Shown: piece by piece, positions 1-10,051 of the stretch
How the letters are laid out: every line of letters starts with the position of its first letter
Position numbering within the stretch: the first letter of the stretch is position 1
Source of the DNA: Asterionella formosa
Taxonomy: Eukaryota
NCBI GenBank assembly: GCA_002256025.1
Contig: NKIB01005148.1
Span: 117,233 to 137,232 of the forward strand
Direction: 5' to 3'
DNA length: 20,000 nt
Position numbers and translations under genes: made by a program
The notes under the pieces: generated by a model
What the model was told of the DNA's origin: nothing
The model's input: only the letters and a program-made list of their open reading frames with translations
Database searches by the model: none

Positions 1-159
1 TTCATTTTGTAGTTAATGTTTTTCCACTCTTTGTGTTTGCCCAGGACTTTGAGGGTCAACAGTAACACTGAATCTGCTGTTATTTCTTGTTGTAGATGAC
101 CTTTCTTTTCCTTTATGGTGGGTGTTATTTACCTTGCCTTGCATTGATGTGCGAAAAAT

Positions 160-690
160 GTCTCCAATGATTACCATCTGTCCACTGGACAAAATCTTGC
201 GCCAGTTCTGGTGCGATTAAGTCATCATGTTTCATCTTGTGACGCCACCATTTGACCACATCCACTTGCCCAAATGCCAATGTTCCAGCAAATACTGGTA
301 TACATCAAGATGGCAAGTTCTCCCACATTTTCCCCGCCCTTCGACTGACCAATGCAAAGTAGTTCAATCATCGCGTTTGGCTTTATAACAATCTGTAGCT
401 TTATGTGGCACCAAACACTTGACAGCGTCTAAGTTGCCACTCCCACATGCCCAATGCAATAGTACATGATATTCTGGTTCCAATGGATCGCCTCCATGCG
501 AGAGGAGAAATTGAACCAAGCAAGTTGTATCATTTCGACTAGTGTATTGTGTTGACCATGAGGTGTTGTCTTCTTTTCGACATGCACCTATTAGTCCATG
601 TTGAAAGACAATATCCCATGCTTCGACATGAGCGGTCTCAAAGAATTTGTTTTTGTCATTGAATTTCGTTTTGTCATCCTCATTTGATTA
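160..690 (-). pseudogene. Ankyrin-repeat gene remnant
   Basis: Manual minus-strand translation gives LLHWACGSGNLDAVKCLV (LHWACGSGN at 433-459), then KRDD*TTLHWS...CHLDVYQYLL with an in-frame TGA at 364-366. After a frameshift it reads GQVDVVKWW. These match the ankyrin consensus TPLHxA..GhxdvvkxLl. No start codon was found. Boundaries are approximate. Confidence 0.65.
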
Positions 691-754
691 ATGATGATCG
701 TCAGACAGGTTGTATAGTTGATGAAGCGCACATAATCGCTCTATTTTGCTGAAT

Positions 755-897
755 GTGATGCACATGTTTGTGGAGACACAAAAAAAGGTTTAATGTTTTT
801 CCGTTATTGAGATATATATGTGAAATGTATCTCAGTAAAGATTCTTTTTTTAAGATACAATAAATAATAATTTTTGTGTCTCTGTTAAGATCTCCCC
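755..897. repeat. Isolated right end of a TIR-element family related to 936-1615
   Basis: TCTCTGTTAAGA at 879-890 is identical to 1597-1608 and is followed by TCTCCCC. Similar subterminal motifs (CACATGTT, AAAAAGGTTT, GAGAYACAAAA) occur at 760-790 and 1520-1560. The left boundary is uncertain. Confidence 0.45.
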
Positions 898-935
898 TTC
901 GCTGTTGGCAAACATGCATATTTTATTTGTGCCAC

Positions 936-1615
936 CAGGGATGATCTTAACAAAGATGCAATTTCAGACTTTTACAGAGATGCATTTTACAAATATAACG
1001 CAGTAACAGCAAAACAGTAAACCATTTTTGTGTCACCCCAAACATTTACATCAGACTCAGCGAAATTATATTATCGATACGGCATAATCACTCCTGATGT
1101 GTTTCATTTTTGCATCATTTCGCTCTGATGATCATTACTCCATGAATTATATCTGATGTGCAATTCACCACATTTTTCCTCTCCTTCTGATTTATGCATG
1201 ATGGAGTCCAGCTTCTGGAGGCTTGTATGCCAATCAGGGAGGGCATGGTTATGGCCAAAGTTGAGGATAAGATTGAAGCAGACATAGCAATCAAATTATC
1301 CGATGCAGTGACGGAACTTCCTGTGGCGAAGAAAATGAAAGTTATTGACTTAAGTGAAGGAAGATCTATAGTCAGCGCCCCTAAAGATCGAAAAGTCTTC
1401 GAATTACACTCAAAGTCGGGGAGAACGTGAAAATTAAATGAAACATGTTTATGTAGAAAAATAATGTTGCTTAATGCTGCATTTGTAGCGATACACACAG
1501 ATAAACATTTCTGAGCAACAAAAAGGTTTTGCTGGAACCCACATGTTCGAGATACAAAATATTATACTGAGCAACCAACATATTTTTCCATTTATATCTC
1601 TGTTAAGACCTCCTG
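936..1615. mobile_element. Putative non-autonomous DNA transposon (MITE-like) with imperfect TIRs
   Basis: The left end CAGGGATGATCTTAACAAAGATGCA (936-960) resembles the reverse complement of the right end, CAGGAGGTCTTAACAGAGATATA (1593-1615). The core TCTTAACAGAGA matches 11/12. The interior is AT-rich, no TSD was found and the superfamily is not assignable. Confidence 0.5.
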
Positions 1616-2125
1616 GCCTCTGACTCCGATGGAATCTTTGTTCTCCTCCATTAAAACCCCCAATCTTATTTCGATTCTGGGAATGAGTTTCACCCTAAAA
1701 TAGTTCCAGTCAAATCGAGTTCCACGACTGAAAGATAATCATTGTTCAAGCTGGTCGGCTTAACTATTAAACTTTTTTGTATCAGCAGGCGTGAATATCT
1801 TGTCTTGTCCTAATTGTCATGTCAGCAAACCATCATTGCCAATTGCCTACTGGTTCATGTATTTTTCAACCTTGACCTCTATTGCTAGCTATTTCTGAGT
1901 GAGGTTGAGTGCTGTACTTTTAAATGGCTTAACGTCGATGTCAGAAAGAATGAAAATGATGGCGAAATTCCATCATAGTGACAGTAATAAGAGAAAACCT
2001 GGAATCAATTTCCTCACTCCACCACTGGTCCATCAAGCACGAGATGATAATTTGATCATTTCTGGAAGCGAATAATTTCAGAACTACAGCAATTAAGGGA
2101 GATTGCTCTGGTATGGTCGGTGTTG

Positions 2126-2812
2126 TTACATTGGACCCAGGACGCTGTTGATGTGCTCTATGAAGTCTGAGTCTCCATCGCTTTCTTCTTCATTATTGCA
2201 ACTAAGATCACATTTGCAGAACGAATCTGTTTCATTTTCCGACAGTTCAGAAACGGAAAAATCGGTTCTTGGTAGAATAGCTGATGAGCTAGCAGTGATG
2301 GACAACGGATTTGAAATCCCTCCCTGTGGTGCTCCAGCCTGTCGAGCTCGTAGATGACGGTTCATTCGTTGGCCCGTTTTGCAATACAATGCATCTCTCA
2401 AAGCGTGCGACACCTTTTCGTTAACTCTTTCGATAGTTAGCTCTATCCATTGATTCTTTTCTGTGTTCCACTTTAAGAATCGTCCACCGCTTTGACGAAT
2501 CGCGTCGATGACTTCATTGACCACCTCATTTTGGTCACCTTTGTCCCTCGCTCCTTCAAAAAAGCAGAGAAAGCGAGCGATCAGCCTTTGGTAATAACGA
2601 TTTCCTGTGTGTCTCCGATTCAATTTATTTCTTCCGGAGAGAACGTCCATTTCAGCAACACCATCGGCAAGCGGAGGGTTCGGCGAAGGAAATTCCGGAA
2701 TTGTCAGGGTTCCGCCTGATGCACTAGTACTAACAACCACGTCGCCAAAAAATGAGCTGGATTCTTTTCCTTTTGGTTTCACTGTTTGAGTAGGATTCTT
2801 TTCGTTTTGCAT
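2126..2812 (-). CDS. DUF6824-domain protein (228 aa)
   Basis: It carries the motif series DVLSGR...HTGN..Y..LI...V.EVIDAIRQSGGRFLK.......W.E.....EKVSHALRD, typical of the diatom-expanded DUF6824 family. The flanks are low-complexity or acidic. Confidence 0.85.
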   Translation of the reverse strand: MQNEKNPTQTVKPKGKESSSFFGDVVVSTSASGGTLTIPEFPSPNPPLADGVAEMDVLSGRNKLNRRHTGNRYYQRLIARFLCFFEGARDKGDQNEVVNEVIDAIRQSGGRFLKWNTEKNQWIELTIERVNEKVSHALRDALYCKTGQRMNRHLRARQAGAPQGGISNPLSITASSSAILPRTDFSVSELSENETDSFCKCDLSCNNEEESDGDSDFIEHINSVLGPM

Positions 2813-2936
2813 ACCTATTCTTTAGTATAAAAGAGGAAAGCGATGCATTGTTTGCTCATTTGTATGATAAACAGAATAAATGTGAGACGTATTTTGGAAG
2901 GAAATGGTCATAACAAATACATATTGACTATAATAC

Positions 2937-3238
2937 TACCGGTATAAAATCATGTTTTTATGTTGTACGATGTGAATGTACCATGCTCCGTGCTTTTCTT
3001 TTCGCTCAACGAATGATTTAATTAAATACGATATACCGGTACTCCCTATCGGGACCCAGTGTTGGTATCTAACGCTTTTACAGGTACCTGGTAGTTGATG
3101 CATCCTGTTTATTATTTAAAAGTAAGAAGTATGCAGTAAGTAATGGACTTTACCGGTACTGGGAGCGAAGTACGGGTAACTGTGTTTTAAGGCGAATGTC
3201 CCGTGGTACCAGATTAAGGGACTACCGATATGCCGGTA
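2937..3238. promoter_or_regulatory. Cluster of TACCGGTA/GGTACC palindromes in a divergent intergenic region
   Basis: Exact TACCGGTA occurs at 2937, 3034 and 3151, with CAGGTACCTG at 3081, GGTACC at 3205 and TGCCGGTA at 3231. The cluster lies between the divergent starts at 2812(-) and 3525(+). A regulatory role is inferred. Confidence 0.4.
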
Positions 3239-3524
3239 GTTCCGCTGTTCGGGGATGTATGACGGTACATTGGAGTCTAATAAAAGGCAATATTAGTAGA
3301 AATGCATGATAGCCTGCCACACTTTTATGTTTATGGATTCAGATGGTTCCACAAGAAGCGTGAATTCGGTCACAGATGGCAAAACGGGAAAACGATGAAA
3401 TCTGTGACGCGACAAGAAAACTCCATTCGCAGTGTGAATCAAAATCAGATCACCTTCTCGATCGATGATTGCCTCGCCCGACGCTCTGCTTACCTGAATA
3501 TAAACACTAGTAACAAGCAAACCC

Positions 3525-4322
3525 ATGAATCGAACAGCTATTGCTATCGTCTTTATCCTAGTGGCTGTAGTAGTGGGTTTCAACAGTCATCAGGAACAGG
3601 TCCCATCGTGCCATTCTCCATTTCGACAATTGACTTGTCTCAACGCAGCTCATTTGGGGGAGCGTGAAGGAAAGATATCATGCAGCTGGATCCGAGCTTT
3701 GGCAACTGATGAAAATGTAATGAACCTTGTTCAGACTAAAAAAAACTCGAGGGTGCCAGCAATTAAAAAAAAATCCGGTATCGTCATGAGAACGGCAGCT
3801 AGCAAATACAACGAGGAGGCATCGAAACCATCATCGCCGCAGTATACGACAAGAAAGAATTCCCAGCCAAGTGTCTCGATATCGTTTGAAGGAATTGCTG
3901 GAGACTACAATTGCTATCGAACCCTATCATTAAGCTCTACTCCTGCTCGTGCTATTTCTCTTCTGACTGTGGATGCTATAAATCTTCTTAAGACGCTTTA
4001 TCCTACTTTCAGGGATGGGGATTTGGGAGAAAATATTCTCATCGATGGCATTTTTTATCGGGACATGGAAGTGGGAGGAAGGTTTTATTTAGGAAATGAA
4101 GTGCTGTTGGAGGTAACAGAACCGATTGAACCATGTGCGAATCTGTGTAAGCTCCCTTACATTAACAATGTCACCCTGACACCAAGGGATCGAATCCAAC
4201 GATGCAAGGATTTCATTGAATGGCTTAATACCCAGGATGGACTCCGTGGCTGGTACGCAAAAGTTGTCAATACCGGAGTCGTAAAAGTTGGTGATACAGT
4301 ACAAGACGCAAAATTATTGTAA
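3525..4322 (+). CDS. MOSC-domain protein (YiiM-like) with N-terminal signal peptide, possibly plastid-targeted
   Basis: The motifs GIAGD, RAISLL, GDLGENILIDG, LLEVTEPIEPCANL (conserved MOSC Cys) and RGWYAKVVNTGVVKVGD are present. The hydrophobic N-terminus MNRTAIAIVFILVAVVVG is followed by F. Confidence 0.85.
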   Translation: MNRTAIAIVFILVAVVVGFNSHQEQVPSCHSPFRQLTCLNAAHLGEREGKISCSWIRALATDENVMNLVQTKKNSRVPAIKKKSGIVMRTAASKYNEEASKPSSPQYTTRKNSQPSVSISFEGIAGDYNCYRTLSLSSTPARAISLLTVDAINLLKTLYPTFRDGDLGENILIDGIFYRDMEVGGRFYLGNEVLLEVTEPIEPCANLCKLPYINNVTLTPRDRIQRCKDFIEWLNTQDGLRGWYAKVVNTGVVKVGDTVQDAKLL

Positions 4323-5057
4323 TCTTACCGTATCGATGTAAAGCAAGATGGAGGGTTAGCAATAGTCTTCCCATGAATCGATTCTTTTCAACGAAAGGAA
4401 AACATCCAGATAGACTGGTATTATTCTGTTTTTGCCAATCTGAAGTAAATTAGCTAGAAATTACTTCATCTGGAGCAGATTTCAAAAACAGTGTAATTTT
4501 TCTCAGGATGTAAGATTGCCATAGAATTTTCGAACATACCATGCTACTTCGTAAGCGTATTAATAAATACTATTTTTCCTTGGTTACAATTTGATTCAGT
4601 GATTCAGTGAATAAAAGCGAAACGTGCTTCGGCATCAGAGACCTCAAATTTCCCAAGTCGGGGTAAGTGATAGTGAATCGCCCTTCACATAAACAAAGCA
4701 AAGATATTCATATGAATCCACAAGTCGGGTACTATTATAACAATTCCCCATGTATATTAAATCCCCAAACAACAAATATCTATCGGGGACCAGCATGGTG
4801 ATATTAGATGTTTAGGGCAAACTCGATATACATAGCTTTCCTTTTCACACCAGCAGAAATGCACTGGTTTAAGTCTTTGACAAGAAGTCAAATCTGTGAC
4901 TAGCAAAGAAATTGTGAATTAAAAACATTATAATTGCATGCGAGGCAAATCACTTTAAGGAATCATGCTTCAAATGGATGCACTTGAGTTGTTACCAGAC
5001 AAGTAAAATCGATTGGATGAAACATTGAACATGAATTCTTTGCTCCTGTGTCATTGA

Positions 5058-5774
5058 TTACCTCTCATCGAAATTTAAACTGGCAAGTGTTGCCTCATTG
5101 TACTCATCGATAGCGCTGTCTGAGACTATTGATTCGCCACTTGAGCTGTTGTTTACAAGCGAAGCTGATTGCTTCGACAGGCCTGCAGCAGGTCGCAGCC
5201 GTATTTCAGGTAGAATTCCGTTGGAGAGCTGTGTGTGTCCCTCACAGCGTGCACTACTCTTTCCATTCCGTTTCGGTCGATGTTGTGCTTTCGACTGTTG
5301 TGCCATAACATCTCGTAGCGCGTGACTTGTTTTGCTTCGAGTTTTATTACTTGAAACGACGTACCACTTCTTGCTCCTCGACTCTTGTTTCAGAAAGCGG
5401 CCTCCTTTGCTATGGATAGCTTCAATTATTGAAGAAACTACATTTGCTTTGTCGGTCCTCAACGTCGCTGCAGCAAATCGCTCGACGTTCTGGTTTGTCA
5501 GAAAGCGAAAGTTCTTATTGCCTCTATGATTATAACAATTACTGTCTCGACCCAGAAGGACGTCATGGTCGTTGATGTGCTGAGAATCTATCAGGGGCAA
5601 ACTTTCGTCGTATGTATCATTATATTTGCTTTCTTCCTTTTTAATACTTCCTTTCGTTTTCCTCGTTGAAACCTTGCTGGAAATGTTGTCATGGACGCCT
5701 TGTGTCGGTGCTGGTATCGGTCGAGAATTCACATGCTTGCATTGAGAGGTCGAACCGTTTTGAGAGGACGACAT
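5058..5774 (-). CDS. DUF6824-domain protein (238 aa)
   Basis: The sequence DHDVLLGR...HRGNKNFR.L...KANVVSSIIEAIHSKGGRFLK......W..V.....RSKTSHALRD places it in the same family as 2126-2812. The exact 3' end could be altered by splicing. Confidence 0.85.
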   Translation of the reverse strand: MSSSQNGSTSQCKHVNSRPIPAPTQGVHDNISSKVSTRKTKGSIKKEESKYNDTYDESLPLIDSQHINDHDVLLGRDSNCYNHRGNKNFRFLTNQNVERFAAATLRTDKANVVSSIIEAIHSKGGRFLKQESRSKKWYVVSSNKTRSKTSHALRDVMAQQSKAQHRPKRNGKSSARCEGHTQLSNGILPEIRLRPAAGLSKQSASLVNNSSSGESIVSDSAIDEYNEATLASLNFDER

Positions 5775-7076
5775 TTATGTTCGAGCGAGCAATGAGCGGT
5801 AAAAAATCAATGTACAGTTCGCTCACTGCATCTAGCGCTCCAACTAATGAATAGAGTTACCGCTAAGTACTCTTCTTTTCAGAAATAAAAATGGCAGACA
5901 ATAAAAATTGAAATTGCATTGAAAACAATCATGTTACATGGGTTTCGAGTATTTTCAACGAACTAATTTGCTGAGGGCCCTTACTTTCTACGGAGACGAG
6001 CAGCTCGATATTTTGGTGGATGGTTCACCATTTTGAAATTCGTTGTCACTTCACGAAAGCGACAAGCGACCGAACCGCTTGAATTGTCAAATAATGACGT
6101 GTTCCTTCATGGGTTTTCTTAACAAAAACAGAAATCATTTCGAGTTTCATAAAGACTCAATGATTTGTATCGTTCGTCGCTTAGTACATACATATAATGA
6201 CACCATATGTTAGTTCCGGAAAAGTCCGAATATTCCGAATATTTGTCAGTACATAAATAACCAAACAATGTAACCTTAACATTGGCTGTTGCTAACACTG
6301 GACCAAACCCAAAACCAAACTATGTTTTGGTTTCGGTCACATGGAGCAGTCCTCGTGACGGATGGAAAATTTGCCCCAGTATGTCGTCTACGGGAACGTC
6401 ATGTAGGCCAATGGTTATTTAAGGAATTTTTAATTTTTTATATTCATTTCTTCACTTTTCTCTGTAGTCGAATTTTTTAACTTTTCACGACCCCCCTCCT
6501 TTGATGGCGAAACCGGCGAAGTTGGTGGTACCATCATGGTGACTTGCGTGCCGGTTTGTTGCAAGAAAAATAGGTCCATCATGGTTGCTCTTGCTAATGA
6601 TAACAAACAATACTGTTGTGAAGCAAGGAGCAGTAGATGCACCGATTAACATTTGAAAGTCTACTTTTGTTTATTCAATTTCTAGGAACATATAGAGTGA
6701 ATAGTTTGTCCTCCTAGCTAACAAATGGTTGTGACATCGGATGATTGTTGAATATGGCTGAACACCTCATGGGATAGCAGGCACATTTGCTTCCAAGCAT
6801 ATCCACCTGCACCTAACAGCCTCCTTCCCATACAGCAATTCCGAATTGCTCCAACATGATGGATCAAAGATACACCCAAGACTTCCATGCCGAGATTTCT
6901 TCCTCTTCATGCCTTCTGTATGTCTTCATACTGCATTAAATCGCATCTGTGCCTACTTCAGGAGGTTTTTGAAAGAAGACATATCATTAGTGGAAATTCC
7001 AGCAATTACATTTGACAATCCACAACGAAGGCGCCGAGGATTTTGACAACTCTGACCCCAGTCACAACGCTGGGCT

Positions 7077-7283
7077 TGTTAGAAAATGCGGAAACAGACT
7101 AATCAGACTATAATGAAGGTACTGGATGGATTCACGTGACTAAAAAGAAACAGAACAAGGCCACGTTGTTGTCCAAGAAAGCGTCACCAAGACCAAGGGT
7201 ACCAGGTACCAAAATAGGTACCAGGTGCACTATATAGCTAATATATGGGCTATGCTCATTTTTTTATAGTTATCTGGTTTACA
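7077..7283 (+). repeat. 5' LTR (207 bp)
   Basis: It starts TGTTAGAAAATGCGGAAACAGAC and ends ...GGTTTACA (TG...CA). It is a direct repeat of 10911 onward and contains GGTACC repeats and a TATATA. Confidence 0.9.
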
Positions 7284-7536
7284 TCGATAAAGCCTCCCCT
7301 GTATGTTTTTATTCTGGACGTTGTTGTCTTATTGACACAACCGAACTCAAGTCAAACTTGTGGATTCAACATAACTATAAAAGAAAAAGAACGGGGTCCA
7401 GTGACACAGCTGCCAATGATGGCGGTGGGAGCGGAACTCCAACTCAAAAGGAAAAGAAGGAGACACAAGGCAGTGGGAAAAGCCACCCTTCCGGTCTGCA
7501 AATCCAAACCAAAGAAACACGGTGCCAAGACACACA

Positions 7537-8529
7537 AAGTTTGAAGGGATATGTGATGACATAAAGGGCTACATTTTCGACTGCTCAGACAGTCAGATAT
7601 GTTTGTGAAGACCACAAAGGCTGAATATGTCGGAAGGACATACAAATATGGTGGAGACATCAGGCTTGCTGTGGAGAATCTCGAGCTACCCATCATCAAT
7701 GAGCCATCAGACCCACCAGCCGGAGCAACCAGGACCAAGGAGTGTATCTGGGAGAAGCAAGTAGATGAATATGTCAAGCGGAGCACTTATCTTACTAATG
7801 AAAACATCAAGACCCTCTATTCATTGGTATGCCCATGTCATGCGGCAAAAAGTTGAGGCATTACCCAACTTCTTCAATGGAATGTCAAGTGAGGGTGATG
7901 GTTTGTCTCTTCTCAAGGCAATAAAGAATATGGCTTTTATTTATCAAAGCCAGAAATACTTGCCACATTCAATGTATGAATCAATGAAAAGGTTCTACTC
8001 CATGACACAGGGCAAATATATGACCACTCAGGTCTATTTGGAACAATTTCAGAACATGGTAGATGTGATTGAGCACACGGGTGGAACTATTGGACATCAA
8101 CCTGGACTAGAACAACTAATCATGACTGAGCTCAACATCATCCATGAAATGGCCACCCAACTTGACAAGCTGACAGTAAAGAAAGAGGCACAAGGAAGGT
8201 TCTTGGCGCTGACACAAGACGAGCGATTTGGTCGACTAATTGAGAATCTAGAGAATGACTACTTACAAGGACAGAACAACCACCCAACCACACTGACCGG
8301 AGCCTACAATCTCTTGACAAACTGGAAGCAGGACCCACGAAATTTGATGAGAACAATTGGCCCTGTGAATGATGGAGTGTCTTTTACTAATGTTGAGGGT
8401 GCCGATGCAGAATAAGAAGTTACCCTTGCCAACCACAGCCAAAACAAATCGAGTAGTGGCAACAACAAGGACAAACCACATGTCACATGCCGCAAGTGCG
8501 GAAAACAAGGGCATTATGCAGACAAATGT
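7537..8529 (+). pseudogene. gag: Copia gag remnant with zinc knuckle
   Basis: Fragments KFEGICDDIKGYIFD, YVGRTYKYGGDI, DGLSLLKAIK and YLEQFQNMVDV lie across several frames. A CX2CX4HX4C knuckle CRKCGKQGHYADKC is at 8488-8529. The true start is upstream and unresolved. Confidence 0.85.
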
Positions 8530-8643
8530 GAAGAAGAGAGACAGAGTGGTGCCACAATGCTCACATCGTCATCAGGTGTAACAAATGGCGAATTTGACAA
8601 TCAAGAGCACTTTCAATTCTTGCAACACACCTCTGGGGTATAA

Positions 8644-9000
8644 TTGAAACTTGGAGAGAATGGCAAAATCCCAAGAACTTGGATGCTATTGGATAATCAA
8701 TCCACAGTCGACTTGTTTTATAATTCTGCCCTCCTAAAGAACATTAGACAGGTGGATGCATACATGGACATCCACTGCAATGCTGGAATCACTAGCACAA
8801 ATATGGTTGGAGACCTCCCAGGTTATGGGAAAGTGTGGTTTCACCCCAACGGTATTGCAAACATTCTCTCCCTTGCACGTGTCAAAGAGCAAGGGTACCA
8901 TGTCACATACAATAGCAACAACGGGAACAAATTCCTGATTCACAAGCCAGACAAGACCAGTTGAGTGTTCAAACAATCAGAACGAGGGCTATATTTCTTA
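8644..9000 (+). pseudogene. pol: Copia aspartic protease remnant plus pre-integrase GLY motif
   Basis: WMLLDNQSTVDLF (CoDi-type active site) and ANILSLARV are present. Reading through the TGA at 8962-8964 gives VFKQSERGLYF. Confidence 0.85.
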
Positions 9001-9070
9001 GATACTGCTGATAGCGCAAAGAATATCACATTGGTCAATATAGTAGACAATAACAAGTCTACTAGCTAGT

Positions 9071-9560
9071 CTCAACATTACATTGAACACCGTAGCCAAC
9101 AATGAGCATGTGCCAGAGGTTGAACGATATATCTACACAGTAAAGGAATGAGCATGCTGTGTATACAACATGCTGCCATTTAAACAAATCCCTGCAAGAA
9201 TGACCATTGAAATGATCTACTACAATGTTTTCTGGCTAAACAGCTTCCCTCCCGCCGATGGAATTTCCGACATGCTCAGCCCCTGTGCACTTGTGATAGG
9301 CTCTAAACTGCACTACACAAAACACTGTCGACTTGAGTTTGGCACATACGCTCAGGTGCATGAAGAACATGATAATTCCATGGCTACTCGCACCACAGGC
9401 GCCATTGCTCTACAACCCACTGGTAGCACTCAAGGTGCATACTATTTTTATAGCTTAACTACTGGGCGAGTCCTCAACCGCAATCACTGGACAGCGCTAC
9501 CAATGCCTGCAGAGGTTATTGACCGGGTTCATGTGCTTGCCAGTCGCACCGTTGGAGCGG
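9071..9560 (+). pseudogene. pol: Copia integrase C-terminal half and SH3-like region
   Basis: NEHVPEVERYIYTVKE*A (last catalytic E region, TGA at 9149-9151), FWLNSFP, FGTYAQVHE and GAIALQPTGSTQGAYYFYSLTTGR are present. The zinc-binding domain and first catalytic Asp residues are absent. Confidence 0.85.
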
Positions 9561-10051
9561 GAGCTGCTGGACTAGCATTTACAGACCAAATTGGAAATCC
9601 TTTCATCAACCCAGCCGATGACGACAGCTCCAATGATGAGACATATAACCCAGCCTGACACCTCTGACATGGATGACAACTATGATTCTGAAGATGATGA
9701 CACTGATAATGAACATGACAATCAGGAAATGGATGATCATGCAGACATCCCCATTCTTCCTACAGACATCCCCATTGCAGGAGTGCACAGTGCAGATGAA
9801 AACAATGACCAACATGACCAACACGAAAATTTGCAAAATTCTGAAATGCTCCATGAACATCACGACAACAATGAAATTGAAAATGAACATGACAATCAGG
9901 AAATGGATGATCATGAAAATTTGCAAGAATTACCTATGACAGTGGAAGAGGAAATGGATGCAAAATACGGGACCCATACAAACGCATACCAGCTAAGGCC
10001 CAGAAAGCCCCGGGACTATGGCCACCTCCATGCGACTCTTGAACATACTGC

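Noticed and set aside
3293..3667. ORFs 3293-3583(-) and 3302-3667(+)
   Set aside because: They overlap the MOSC 5' region, show no recognisable motifs and are likely spurious.
4983..5061. Possible 79-nt minus-strand intron (GTAATC...AAG) at the end of the second DUF6824 gene
   Set aside because: The acceptor is weak and splicing would add only about 3 residues before a stop. It cannot be supported without transcripts.
9591..9939. Met/Ile-rich or acidic ORFs as independent genes
   Set aside because: They are alternative frames of the repetitive acidic copia IN-RT linker.
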